A stretch of DNA of 64,000 bases from an uncultured Solirubrobacterales bacterium (GTDB taxonomy: Bacteria > Actinomycetota > Thermoleophilia > Solirubrobacterales > 70-9), in assembly GCA_963812145.1 (NCBI GenBank), contig CAWEUG010000004.1:498495-562494 (forward strand), written 5' to 3'. Both the position numbers and the translations under genes were made by a program. Shown here piece after piece: positions 25,802-34,918 of this stretch; the stretch's first letter is position 1; every line of letters starts with the position of its first letter. The notes under the pieces were generated by a model, which was not told where the DNA came from, made no database searches, and was given only the letters and a program-made list of their open reading frames with translations.

Positions 25802-26794
25802 ATGATCCACCCGATCCCGCCCGGAACCCGTGACGTGCTCCCCGAGGAGATGCGGGAGCTGCGACGCCTGCAGCGACGCCTGCTGGACGTCTTCGAAGAG
25901 CGCGGGTACGGCGAGGTCTCGACGCCGGCGATCGAGTACGACGAGGTGCTGGCCCGCGGCGACGGCCGCACCGCCGCCGGCGCCTACCGCTTCTTCGACG
26001 AGGGCGACCTGCTGGCCCTGCGCTCCGACATGACGGTGCCGATCGCCCGCCTCGCCGCAAGCCGCCTGGCCGGCGCGGGAACACCGCTGCGGCTCTCTTA
26101 CATGGCCAGTGCCTACCGGGCGGTGCGCCCGCAGCGCGGGCAGATGCGCGAGTTCATCCAGGCAGGGGTGGAGCTGATCGGCGCTGCGGCGCCGCAGGGG
26201 ACCGCCGAGGTGGTCGAGGTGCTGGAGGCGGCGCTGGACGCCGCCCGCCTCGATCGCGCCGTGATCGGGCTCGGCGACGCCGACCTCTACCGCCAGCTGC
26301 TGACCGAGTTCGGGGTCGAGGGCGAGGCGCGAGACTCGATCATCGGCCGCCTGGCGACACACGACCTGGTCGGGCTCGAGGCCGAGCTCTCCGCCGTCGA
26401 GGGGATCAGCGACGAGCAGTGCGCCACCTGCGTCTCCCTCTCGCAGCTGCGCGGCGGCAGCGAGGTCCTGGAGCAGGCGCGCGGCCTCGGCGGCGCCGCG
26501 GTCGAGCGGGCGACCGCCCGGCTGCAGGAGACCTTCGAGGAGCTGGAGCGGCGCGGCGCCGCCGGCCGGGTTCAGATCGACCTCGGTCTGCTGCGCGACC
26601 TCGGCTACTACAGCGGCGCCATCCTCGAGGTCTACGATCCGGCGCTCGGCCACGTGCTCGGCGGCGGCGGTCGCTATGACGGACTGCTGAAGCGCTTCGG
26701 CGTCGACCTGCCCGCGGCCGGCTTCGCCCTTTACCTGGAGCGCGTGCACGTCGCCCAGATGGAGGAGTCGCGGCGGGGAGGGGCGGGGCGATGA
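25802..26794 (+). CDS. hisZ: ATP phosphoribosyltransferase regulatory subunit
   Basis: 330 aa HisRS-like catalytic core (GTRDVLPEE, YRFFDEGDLLALRSDMTVPIAR) without an anticodon-binding domain, sitting directly upstream of a short-form hisG. Confidence 0.88.
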   Translation: MIHPIPPGTRDVLPEEMRELRRLQRRLLDVFEERGYGEVSTPAIEYDEVLARGDGRTAAGAYRFFDEGDLLALRSDMTVPIARLAASRLAGAGTPLRLSYMASAYRAVRPQRGQMREFIQAGVELIGAAAPQGTAEVVEVLEAALDAARLDRAVIGLGDADLYRQLLTEFGVEGEARDSIIGRLATHDLVGLEAELSAVEGISDEQCATCVSLSQLRGGSEVLEQARGLGGAAVERATARLQETFEELERRGAAGRVQIDLGLLRDLGYYSGAILEVYDPALGHVLGGGGRYDGLLKRFGVDLPAAGFALYLERVHVAQMEESRRGGAGR

Positions 26795-27471
26795 GCTTCG
26801 AGGTCGCCGGCCTCAGCCGGGCCAAGGCCGACGGGCCGCTGAAGATCGCGGTGCCGCGCGGCGCCCTGCTCGGCGAGACCCTGGACGTTCTTGACGGCGC
26901 CGGGATCGACACCTCCGAGGTGCGCGGCGACTCGCGCTCGCTGATCTTCGAGACGGAGGGGATGACGTTGGTGACGATGCGCCCTTCCGACGTCCCCACC
27001 TACGTCGAGGCCGGCGCCGCCGACGTCGGCATCACCGGCAAGGACGTGCTGCTCGAGCAGTCCGACCGCATGGTCTACGAGCTGCTCGACCTCGGCTTCG
27101 GCCGCTGCCGCATGGTCCTCGCCGGGCGCAAGGGCGACGAGAGCCTGGGCGAGTCGCAGCGACGGCTGGGGATGATGCGGATCGCGACCAAGTACCCGCG
27201 GATCGCCGAACGCCACTTCGAGGCAACCGGCCGCCAGATCGAACTGATCGAGGTCAAGGGCTCAGTCGAGCTGGCGCCGCTGATCGGCCTCGGCGACGGC
27301 ATCGTCGACCTCGTCGCCACCGGCCGTACCCTGGAGGAGAACGATCTCGAGGTGCGCGAGGAGATCCTCGAGTGCAGCGCCCGCTTCGTCGCCAACCGGG
27401 TCGCCCACAAGCTGCGCGCCGCCGAGGTCGACGAGCTGACGGCGAAGCTGAGAGAAGCGGCGGCGAGATGA
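26791..27471 (+). CDS. hisG: ATP phosphoribosyltransferase (short form)
   Basis: LKIAVPRGALLGET..RPSDVPTYVEAGAADVGITGKDVL..ATGRTLEEN. Its start overlaps the hisZ stop. Confidence 0.93.
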   Translation: MSFEVAGLSRAKADGPLKIAVPRGALLGETLDVLDGAGIDTSEVRGDSRSLIFETEGMTLVTMRPSDVPTYVEAGAADVGITGKDVLLEQSDRMVYELLDLGFGRCRMVLAGRKGDESLGESQRRLGMMRIATKYPRIAERHFEATGRQIELIEVKGSVELAPLIGLGDGIVDLVATGRTLEENDLEVREEILECSARFVANRVAHKLRAAEVDELTAKLREAAAR

Positions 27472-28757
27472 GGGTTCGCCGCTTCGAGTGGAGGGGAGCG
27501 GCCGACACCGCCGCCTCGATCCGAGCCTACGGCGCCGCCGCCGCGCCGGCGGTCGACGTCGACGCGATCTTCCGCCGGATCTTCGGCGAGCCGACGTCGC
27601 CGCGCTCGCCGGCCCAGTGCGAGGCCGCGGTGCTGGCGCTGACCAACGAGCTCGACGCGACCGAGCGCGCGCGCGAGGAGTTGCGGGTCGACCCCGCGCT
27701 CGCAGCCGCCGCCCTGGCCGCGCTGGACTCGCGGCTGCTCGAAGCCCTCGAGTTGGCGGCCGCCAACGTTCGTGCGGTCGCCGAGGCGCAGCTCGGCGCC
27801 GAGCGTACTGTCGAGCTGCCCCAGGGCCAGCGGGTCAAGCTGCGCGAGCTGCCGGTCGCCGCCGCCGGGATCTACGCCCCCGCAGGTCGCGCTGCCTACC
27901 CCTCCAGCGTCCTGATGTGCGCGCTGCCGGCCCAGGTCGCCGGGGTCGAGCGGATCGCGCTCGCTTCGCCGCCGGGCCCCGGCGGCGAGCCGCACGAGCT
28001 CGTGCTTGCCGCCGCTGCGCTCTGCGGGATCGAGGAGATCTACGCGATCGGCGGTGCCCAGGCGATCTTCGCGCTCGCCCACGGCACCCAGACGATCGCC
28101 CCGGTCGATGTGATCGCCGGGCCCGGCAACGCCTGGGTGCGCGAGGCGAAGCGGGCGGTCGCCGGCGCGGTCGGGATCGACTCGCTCGCCGGGCCCTCGG
28201 AGCTAATGCTGATCGCCGGCCACGACACCGACCCCGAGTGGGCCGCGCTCGACCTCTGTGCCCAGGCCGAGCACGGCGCGGAGAGCCCGCTGATCGCGGT
28301 CGCGGTCGAGGAGCACGTGCTCGACGCGATCGCGGCGGCGAGCGAGGCCGCCGCGGCTGCTCGTCCCTCGGTGGCCGACGCGCCGCTGGCGCTGGTCCAG
28401 GTCCCCGAGCTGGAGGCCGCGATCGACCTCGCCAATGCCTACGCGCCCGAGCACCTCGAGTTGCTCGAGGAGGACGCCCGCCTGTTCGCCGGCCGGGTCC
28501 GCACCGCGGGCTGCGTCTTCGTCGGCCGCTACGGCGCCACCGCCTTCGGCGACTACGTCGCCGGCTCCAACCACGTGCTGCCGACCGCTGGCGCCGGGCG
28601 CTTCTCCGGCCCGCTGGGGCCCGGCACCTTCCGCCGCCGCATCTCCGAGGTGGAGCTCGGCGCCCGGGCTGCCGCGGAGCTGGCCCCGCAAGCCGACGCC
28701 CTTGCTCGGGCCGAGGGCTTCCCCGTCCACGGCGAGTCAGCGATGATTAGGCGATGA
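27468..28757 (+). CDS. hisD: histidinol dehydrogenase
   Basis: ATG overlaps the hisG stop (ATGA). Motifs [17 protein letters not shown] and [13 protein letters not shown]. Confidence 0.93.
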   Translation: MRVRRFEWRGAADTAASIRAYGAAAAPAVDVDAIFRRIFGEPTSPRSPAQCEAAVLALTNELDATERAREELRVDPALAAAALAALDSRLLEALELAAANVRAVAEAQLGAERTVELPQGQRVKLRELPVAAAGIYAPAGRAAYPSSVLMCALPAQVAGVERIALASPPGPGGEPHELVLAAAALCGIEEIYAIGGAQAIFALAHGTQTIAPVDVIAGPGNAWVREAKRAVAGAVGIDSLAGPSELMLIAGHDTDPEWAALDLCAQAEHGAESPLIAVAVEEHVLDAIAAASEAAAAARPSVADAPLALVQVPELEAAIDLANAYAPEHLELLEEDARLFAGRVRTAGCVFVGRYGATAFGDYVAGSNHVLPTAGAGRFSGPLGPGTFRRRISEVELGARAAAELAPQADALARAEGFPVHGESAMIRR

Positions 28758-29344
28758 GCAGAACCTCCAGCAGAGAGCGCAGCACCGCCGAGACGCAGAT
28801 CAAGCTCTCGCTTGATCTCGACGGCGGGGCGGCGAGCGCCGCGACCGGCGTCGGCTTCCTCGACCACATGCTCGATCTCCTGGCCCGCCACGGGCGCCTG
28901 GGATTGCAGGTCGAGGCCACCGGCGATCTCGAGACCGGCGCCCATCACACGGTGGAGGACGTCGGCATCGTGCTCGGGCAGGCGCTCGACGAGGCGCTGG
29001 GCGACCGCGCCGGGATCCGCCGCTATGGCTCCGCCGTGGTGCCGATGGACGAGTCACTGGCCGAGTGCGCTATAGACATCTCCGGGCGCCCCTTCTGCCA
29101 CTTCGACGCCGATCTGCCGACGACCTCGATCGCCGGCTTCGACACCGAGCTGGCCGAGGAGTTCTTCCGCGCCGTAGCCAACAGCGCCAAGCTGACCCTG
29201 CACGTCTCCGTCCGCTACGGCACCAACGCGCACCACATGATCGAGGGCTGCTTCAAGGCCTTCGCCCGCGCTCTGCGGGTCGCCGTCTCGATCGACCCGG
29301 AGGAGAGCGGCGTGCCCTCGACCAAGGGGACGCTGAATGAATAG
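28754..29344 (+). CDS. hisB: imidazoleglycerol-phosphate dehydratase
   Basis: [58 protein letters not shown]. Confidence 0.93.
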   Translation: MSRTSSRERSTAETQIKLSLDLDGGAASAATGVGFLDHMLDLLARHGRLGLQVEATGDLETGAHHTVEDVGIVLGQALDEALGDRAGIRRYGSAVVPMDESLAECAIDISGRPFCHFDADLPTTSIAGFDTELAEEFFRAVANSAKLTLHVSVRYGTNAHHMIEGCFKAFARALRVAVSIDPEESGVPSTKGTLNE

Positions 29345-29428
29345 GCGCCACCTCCTCTGCTCTCGCACGAGCGCGCTCATGACCACCGGGAGCCACGCGC
29401 TCGTGCTCCCGCGTCCGGGGGTGGCGCC
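29344..29428. repeat. 85-nt nested inverted repeat filling the hisB-hisH intergenic space
   Basis: Outer arms GGCGCCACC (29344-29352) and GGTGGCGCC (29420-29428) are perfect. Inner arms gcacgagcgcg (29365-29375) and cgcgctcgtgc (29396-29406) are also perfect. Confidence 0.8.
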
Positions 29429-30052
29429 GTGATCCGCATCTGCGTCCTCAATTACGGGATGGGCAACCTGCGCTCGGTCGAGAAGGCGCTGGAGCACGTC
29501 GGCGTCACCGCGACGATCACTCACGACCCAGCGGAGGCCCGCGCCGCCGATGGGCTGATCCTGCCCGGCGTCGGCGCCTTCCCGCGGGCGATGGAACGGA
29601 TCCGGGAGATCGGTCTCGACGAGGTGATCGCCGAGCGCCGCGATGCCGGCGTGCCGATCCTCGGTATCTGCCTCGGGCTGCAGCTGCTGTTCGACTCGAC
29701 CACGGAGTTGGGGGGCGCCGCCGGGCTGGGGTTGCTCGAGGGCCCGGTCGCCGAGCTCGAGGCCGACGGCCTCAAGGTCCCGCACATCGGCTGGTCGCCG
29801 GTTCGCTGGGAGCACGACTCCCGTCTCGTCGAGGGGATCGAGTCGGAAACCCCCTTCTACTTCGTCCACACCTTCGCGCCGCGCCCGGCCGCTGGCGAGC
29901 TGCTCGGCAGCGCCGCCTACGGCGCGCGCTTCGCCTGTGCGGCCGAGTGCGACAACGTCTTCGGCGTCCAGTTCCACCCGGAGAAGTCGAGCGCCGCGGG
30001 TCTACGGCTGCTCTCGAACTTCGCTGGGATCTGCGCCTCCGTACCGGCGTGA
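29429..30052 (+). CDS. hisH: imidazole glycerol phosphate synthase, glutamine amidotransferase subunit
   Basis: Class I GATase: GICLGLQLL (catalytic Cys) and FGVQFHPEKS. Confidence 0.93.
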   Translation: MIRICVLNYGMGNLRSVEKALEHVGVTATITHDPAEARAADGLILPGVGAFPRAMERIREIGLDEVIAERRDAGVPILGICLGLQLLFDSTTELGGAAGLGLLEGPVAELEADGLKVPHIGWSPVRWEHDSRLVEGIESETPFYFVHTFAPRPAAGELLGSAAYGARFACAAECDNVFGVQFHPEKSSAAGLRLLSNFAGICASVPA

Positions 30053-30777
30053 TTCTCTATCCCGCCATCGACATCCGTGGCGGTCAGGCGGTGCGGCTGC
30101 TGCAGGGCGACTACGAGCGCGAGACCACCTACGACGCCGACCCGGCCGACGCCGCGACGCGCTGGGCCGGAGAAGGCGCCGAGTTCCTGCACGTGGTCGA
30201 CCTCGACGGGGCGAAGGCGGGGGCGCCGCGCAACCTGGAGGTGGTGCGCCGGATCGCAGCCGCGGTCGAGTGCCCGATTCAGGTCGGCGGCGGCCTGCGT
30301 GACGCGGCTTCGGTAGACGCCGTGCTCGCGGCCGGCGCCGAGCGGGTCGTGATTGGGACGGCGGCGCTGCGCGATCCGGAGTTCCTCGACGCGGCGGTGG
30401 CGGCGCACGGCGAGCGCGTCGTCGTCTCTGTCGATGCCCGCGGCGGCCAGGTCTCGCTCTCAGGCTGGACCGAGGCCACCGGTCGCGATGTGGCCGAGAC
30501 GGTGGCGGAGCTGAGCGAACGCGGCGTTGCCCGCTTCCTCTGCACCGAGATCGATGTCGACGGGACGATGGCGGGGCCGGCACTGGACGAGTTGGCGCGA
30601 ATCTCCGCGGCGACCCCGGCCCGGGTGATCGCCTCGGGCGGCGTGGGAGGGTTGGCGGATCTGGAAGCCCTGGCTCGCGACGCGACCCCCAACATCGAAG
30701 GCGCGATCGTCGGCCGGGCTCTCTACGAGAACCGTTTCACCGTCGCCGAGGCCATGGCCGCGCTGGCGGGGGGCTGA
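30049..30777 (+). CDS. hisA: ProFAR isomerase HisA (possibly bifunctional PriA, as in many Actinomycetota)
   Basis: The GTG start overlaps the hisH stop. VILYPAIDIRGGQAVRLLQGDY..VQVGGGLRD..IASGGVG. Confidence 0.9.
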   Translation: MILYPAIDIRGGQAVRLLQGDYERETTYDADPADAATRWAGEGAEFLHVVDLDGAKAGAPRNLEVVRRIAAAVECPIQVGGGLRDAASVDAVLAAGAERVVIGTAALRDPEFLDAAVAAHGERVVVSVDARGGQVSLSGWTEATGRDVAETVAELSERGVARFLCTEIDVDGTMAGPALDELARISAATPARVIASGGVGGLADLEALARDATPNIEGAIVGRALYENRFTVAEAMAALAGG

Positions 30778-30789
30778 TTGTCGACTTAT

Positions 30790-31010
30790 TCGGCATATAG
30801 CTCACTGTCAACGTGAGCTGAGGCCGGCGGCGACGTCCGGCCCAGCCGGTTTGGTCCCGGATCGGCGGCGAGCTGACTCTGCATATCGCTGTCGGCCTTC
30901 GGTCTGACCTCATGCGGTTGTGTCGCTCGCCGCCATCCGAGGACCCCGGCTTGACCTAATAGGAGCGTGGCACCACCCCAAGTGAGGTTCGTCAGCCGGA
31001 GGTCCGATCG
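30790..31010 (+). ncRNA. expected position of an IS110 bridge (guide) RNA; not demonstrated
   Basis: Non-coding left end upstream of the recombinase gene with several local stem-loops, e.g. gctcac-tgtcaac-gtgagc at 30800-30818 and ggccgg..ccggcc at 30822-30842. The call rests on family knowledge only. Confidence 0.3.
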
Positions 31011-31016
31011 AAGGCA

Positions 31017-32132
31017 ATGACAATCGAAGGGACAGACCAGATGATCGTGATCGGAGCGGATACCCACAAGGCCACCCACACCTGCGCGGCGGTGGCTGCG
31101 GCAACCGGTCAGCTCGCCGGCGAGCTGACCGTGGCGGCGAGGAAGCCGGGATTCATCGAGCTGCTCGCTTGGGCTAGGGAGCTCGATCCGGACCGGGTCT
31201 GGGCAATCGAGGACTGCCGTCATGTCTCCGGCGCCCTGGAGCGGTTCCTGGTCGCGGCGGGAGAGCGGGTGGTGCGGGTCCCTCCGAAGCTGATGGGCCA
31301 AAGCCGCCGCGGCGAGCGCAGCGCCGGCAAGTCGGATCCGATCGACGCCCTCGCAGTCGCCAGGGCCGCTCTGCGCGAGGGCCCCGAGGCCCTGCCGGCC
31401 GCACACCTCGACGAGGCCGCACTGGAGCTGAAGCTCCTGCTCGACCACCGCGAGGACATCGTCAAGGCCCGCTCCGCAGACCAGCAGCGGCTGCGCTGGC
31501 ACCTGCACGACCTCTGGCCCGAGCTGGAGTTGCCGGCGGGCTGCCTTGACCGGCCCACCTGGCTCGATCGCCTCGCCCGCAAGCTGGCTAGGGCCGAGCA
31601 GGGCGCCCGCGTGAGGGTCGCCCGCGAGCTGGTGGTGGAGATCCGCCGGCGCGCTCGCCGGGCCAAAGAGCTCGAAGGCGAGATCGCGGCGCTGGTCTCT
31701 CGCCGGGCGCCCGAGCTGCTGGAGCTGAAGGGCTGCGGCACGCTGATCGCCGCCAAGCTCGTGGCCGAGACCGCCGGCGCGGCCCGCCTTGCAAGCGACG
31801 CCAAGTTCGCCCGGCTGGCCGGAGTCGCTCCCGTTCCCGCCTCCTCGGGCAAGCGCGTCCGCCATCGCCTCGATCGCGGCGGCAACCGGCAGCTCAACTG
31901 CGCCCTACACCGGATCGCCGTCTGCCAGGGACGCGTCCACCCCCCGGCGCAGGAGTTCCTCGAGCGAAAGCAGGCCGAGGGGAAGTCAAGGCGCGAAGCC
32001 CTTCGCTGCCTCAAACGCCACCTGGCCCGCCGGGTCTGGCGGCTGTTGATTGATTCCGAAAGGGAGATATCCCCGACACCTGTCGACACTCAGAGAGGCA
32101 CGCTGGCGCCGCAGTTTGCGGTGGCCACTTGA
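31017..32132 (+). CDS. IS110-family transposase/recombinase
   Basis: N-terminal DEDD RuvC-like domain (IGADTHK, AIEDCRH, KSDPIDALAVA). C-terminal Tnp domain (GCGTLIAAKLVAE, GVAPVPASSGK, GGNRQLNCALH). Confidence 0.92.
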   Translation: MTIEGTDQMIVIGADTHKATHTCAAVAAATGQLAGELTVAARKPGFIELLAWARELDPDRVWAIEDCRHVSGALERFLVAAGERVVRVPPKLMGQSRRGERSAGKSDPIDALAVARAALREGPEALPAAHLDEAALELKLLLDHREDIVKARSADQQRLRWHLHDLWPELELPAGCLDRPTWLDRLARKLARAEQGARVRVARELVVEIRRRARRAKELEGEIAALVSRRAPELLELKGCGTLIAAKLVAETAGAARLASDAKFARLAGVAPVPASSGKRVRHRLDRGGNRQLNCALHRIAVCQGRVHPPAQEFLERKQAEGKSRREALRCLKRHLARRVWRLLIDSEREISPTPVDTQRGTLAPQFAVAT

Positions 32133-32173
32133 CATAGGAGCAACCGAGTAAAGCGCCAATCTAAGCTCCCACC

Positions 32174-32932
32174 ATGGTTCTGAAGCGCGTTATCCCCTGC
32201 CTCGATGTCGATGCCGGCCGCGTCGTCAAGGGCACCAACTTCGTCGGGCTGCGCGATGCCGGCGATCCGGTCGAGCTGGCCGAGCGCTATGACGCCGAGG
32301 GTGCCGACGAGCTCGTCTTCCTCGACATCACCGCTTCGCACGAGAAGCGCGAGACGATCGTCGAGTTGGCTCGGCGCACGGCCGACAACGTCTTCATCCC
32401 CTTCACGATCGGCGGTGGCATCCGTTCGGTCGCGGACGCCCAGGCGGTGCTCGACGCCGGTGCCGACAAGGTCTCGGTCAACTCCGCGGCGCTGGGTCGG
32501 CCGCAACTGCTGACCGAGCTGGCCGATCACTTCGGCGCCCAGTGCGTGGTGATTGCGATCGACGCCAAGCGCGAGGAGGACGGCTGGGGGGTCTACGTCA
32601 ACGGCGGCCGCTGGCGGGTCGAGGGGCGCGATGCGCTCGGCTGGGCCCGGGAAGCCGTGGAGCGCGGGGCGGGGGAGATCCTGCTGACCAGCATGGACCG
32701 CGACGGCACCAGCGACGGCTACGACATCGCCCTGATCCGGGCGGTCGCCGACGCGGTGCCGGTGCCGGTGATCGCCTCCGGCGGCGCCGGCGAGCTGGCC
32801 CACCTCAGCGAGGCGATCGCCGCGGGCGGCGCCGACGCCGTCCTCTGTGCCTCGATCTTCCACTACGGGCAGCACCGCGTTCGCGAGGCGAAGGAGCGCC
32901 TCGCCGCCGACGGCATCGCGGTCAGGCTGTAG
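32174..32932 (+). CDS. hisF: imidazole glycerol phosphate synthase, cyclase subunit
   Basis: [44 protein letters not shown]. Confidence 0.95.
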   Translation: MVLKRVIPCLDVDAGRVVKGTNFVGLRDAGDPVELAERYDAEGADELVFLDITASHEKRETIVELARRTADNVFIPFTIGGGIRSVADAQAVLDAGADKVSVNSAALGRPQLLTELADHFGAQCVVIAIDAKREEDGWGVYVNGGRWRVEGRDALGWAREAVERGAGEILLTSMDRDGTSDGYDIALIRAVADAVPVPVIASGGAGELAHLSEAIAAGGADAVLCASIFHYGQHRVREAKERLAADGIAVRL

Positions 32933-33011
32933 TCGCTGCCGAGCGCCCCGTCGGGCCCCCCTGTCTCTCGGCTGGCCATCCGCGCGGCCGATCATGGTAG
33001 GGAAGGGAGCC

Positions 33012-34130
33012 ATGCAGAGCGCCGGAAAGCCGATCGAGAACCTCGCCGAGGCGTTGGAGAGCACCTACCCGGAGCTTGCCGCACTGCGCGATGCCGCCTC
33101 CGAGCCGCTCTACCTGGTCGGCGGCGCGGTCCGCGACCTCCTGCTCGGCCGCGATCGGGGGGATATCGACGTCGTCGTCGCGGGCGACGCCGGTGCGCTC
33201 GCCGCCCGCCTCGGGGCCGAGCCGGTCGAGCACGAGCGCTTCGCCACCGCCAAGGTCGAGCTCGACGGCCACGAGGTCGACATCGCCGGCGCCCGGACCG
33301 AGACCTATCCGCACCCCGGAGCCCTGCCGGAGGTTGCGCCCGCCGCCGAGATCGAGGCCGACCTCGGGCGCCGCGACTTCACCGTCAACGCGATGGCGAT
33401 TCCCCTCGCCGGGGAGCGGCGCCTGATCGATCCCCGCGGAGGCCGAGCCGACCTGGGCGCCCGCCGGCTGCGGGTGCTGCACCCGGGGTCGTTCGTCGAC
33501 GATCCGACCCGGGCGATCCGTGCCGCTCGCTACGCGGCACGGCTGGGGTTCGAGCTCGAGCCGGAGACGGCGGAGCTGCTGGCCGCCACCGACCTCGGCA
33601 CGATCTCCGGCGACCGCTGCGAGACCGAGCTGCTGCGCCTCGCCGCGGAAGCGAGCGCACCGCGCGCACTCGGCCTGCTCGCGGACTGGGGCCTGGTCGA
33701 ACCGCGCCCGGGCGGCGTCGAGCTGGCGGCCCGCGTCGACCAGCTGCTTGCCGTGCCGCTGTGGAACGGCGTGGCGCCGCGGGCGGCGGCGCTGCTCGCG
33801 GCTGCCCTTGGGCCATCCGGCGGCGAGGGCGACCTCGCGAGAGCGAGGCCCGAGCGCCCGTCGGCGGCGGTCGAGCTGGCCCGCGGCCGCGACCCGGTCG
33901 AGCTGGCCCTGGCTCGCGCCCTCGGCGCCAAGTGGCTGGACGACTACGTCGGCGGGTGGCGCGCCGTCGAGCTGGAGATCGACGGCGCCGACCTGATCGC
34001 CGCCGGCATTCCCCAGGGCCCGGCGCTCGGCCGCGGCCTGGCGGCGGCGCTGCGGGCGAAGCTCGACGGCGAGGTGGAGGGACGCGAGCAGGAGCTCGCC
34101 GCAGCGCTCGCCGCGAGCAGGGCGGAGTAG
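33012..34130 (+). CDS. CCA-adding enzyme / poly(A) polymerase head-domain family nucleotidyltransferase
   Basis: LVGGAVRDLLLGRDRGDIDVVV and RDFTVNAMA. ATG 33012 follows the SD ggaagggag. The upstream part of the track ORF was discarded. Confidence 0.75.
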   Translation: MQSAGKPIENLAEALESTYPELAALRDAASEPLYLVGGAVRDLLLGRDRGDIDVVVAGDAGALAARLGAEPVEHERFATAKVELDGHEVDIAGARTETYPHPGALPEVAPAAEIEADLGRRDFTVNAMAIPLAGERRLIDPRGGRADLGARRLRVLHPGSFVDDPTRAIRAARYAARLGFELEPETAELLAATDLGTISGDRCETELLRLAAEASAPRALGLLADWGLVEPRPGGVELAARVDQLLAVPLWNGVAPRAAALLAAALGPSGGEGDLARARPERPSAAVELARGRDPVELALARALGAKWLDDYVGGWRAVELEIDGADLIAAGIPQGPALGRGLAAALRAKLDGEVEGREQELAAALAASRAE

Positions 34131-34134
34131 GCGG

Positions 34135-34917
34135 ATGGACTGGCGAGAGAGCGACGGGCTGCGCTGGCTGGAGGCTGACCTGGGGGGAGCCCGCGCTGCG
34201 TTCCCGACCCGAGCCGGAGGGGTCAGCGCAGCTCCCTTCGACAGCCTCAATCTCGGCGTGCTGACCGATGACGCGAGCGCCGCGGTGGTCGAGAACCGGC
34301 GGCGGCTGGCGGCGGCGCTGGGACTCGAGTGGGAGCGGATACCGATCGGTCTCCAGGTCCACGGCGGCGATCTCGCCCTCCACTCCGGCCCTCAGGAGCC
34401 AAGCCCGTTCGCCGAGCCCGGCGTCGAGATCCCCGAAGTCGACGGCCACGTCGTCACCGCGCCGGGCCTGGCGCCGCTGGTCCTCACTGCCGACTGCTTG
34501 CCGGTCGCCCTGGCCGGGCCCGGTGGGGTGGCGATGCTGCACTGCGGCTGGCGCGGTCTCGCAGCGGGGATAGTCGCTGCCGGTGCCGCGGCGATCGGCG
34601 CCACGGACGCCGCGATCGGGCCCGGAATCGGGCCCTGCTGCTACGAGGTCGGCGAGGAGGTGCTCGACGCCTTCGCCGGCCTCGGTGAGGGCAGCGCCGC
34701 CGCCGGCGGGCCTGGGAGTCAAGCCGGAGCAGAGGTATCGGCCCGCCGCCGGCTCGACCTGCCGGAGGTTGCCGACCGGCTGCTGCGCGCGGCGGGAGTG
34801 GGGCGGATCCAGTCCGCCGGCCTCTGCACCAGCTGCGAGGAAGAGCTGTTCTTCTCCCACCGCCGCGATGCCGGCCGCACCGGCCGCCAGGGCGGGCTCG
34901 CCTGGATCGAGGCCTGA
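34135..34917 (+). CDS. pgeF: peptidoglycan editing factor PgeF (YfiH/DUF152, laccase-domain protein)
   Basis: GGVSAAPFDSLNLG, LTADCLPVAL, HCGWRG and CCYEVG motifs. Confidence 0.88.
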   Translation: MDWRESDGLRWLEADLGGARAAFPTRAGGVSAAPFDSLNLGVLTDDASAAVVENRRRLAAALGLEWERIPIGLQVHGGDLALHSGPQEPSPFAEPGVEIPEVDGHVVTAPGLAPLVLTADCLPVALAGPGGVAMLHCGWRGLAAGIVAAGAAAIGATDAAIGPGIGPCCYEVGEEVLDAFAGLGEGSAAAGGPGSQAGAEVSARRRLDLPEVADRLLRAAGVGRIQSAGLCTSCEEELFFSHRRDAGRTGRQGGLAWIEA

Positions 34918-34918
34918 G

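Larger units (their letters stand above)
30780..32170 (+). mobile_element. IS110-family insertion sequence between hisA and hisF (boundaries approximate)
   Basis: A 1.39-kb spacer occupies a position where his genes otherwise overlap or abut. It contains one DEDD/Ser transposase ORF, about 235 nt of 5' non-coding sequence and about 40 nt of 3' non-coding sequence. There are no long terminal inverted repeats, as is usual for IS110. Confidence 0.8.

Noticed and set aside
23425-26749. Very long ORFs 23425..25791 (+, 788 aa) and 24458..26749 (-, 763 aa)
   Set aside because: These are out-of-frame or antisense to the alpha/beta hydrolase, murA and hisZ genes. Their composition is dominated by R, P, G and A, typical of spurious open frames in ~70% GC DNA.
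32129-32173. Outward-facing TTGACA at the IS right end considered as a hybrid promoter driving hisF
   Set aside because: There is no acceptable -10 hexamer 16-19 nt downstream (the sequence there is aagcgccaat). It is kept only as a possible half of a circle-junction promoter, as described in the IS finding.
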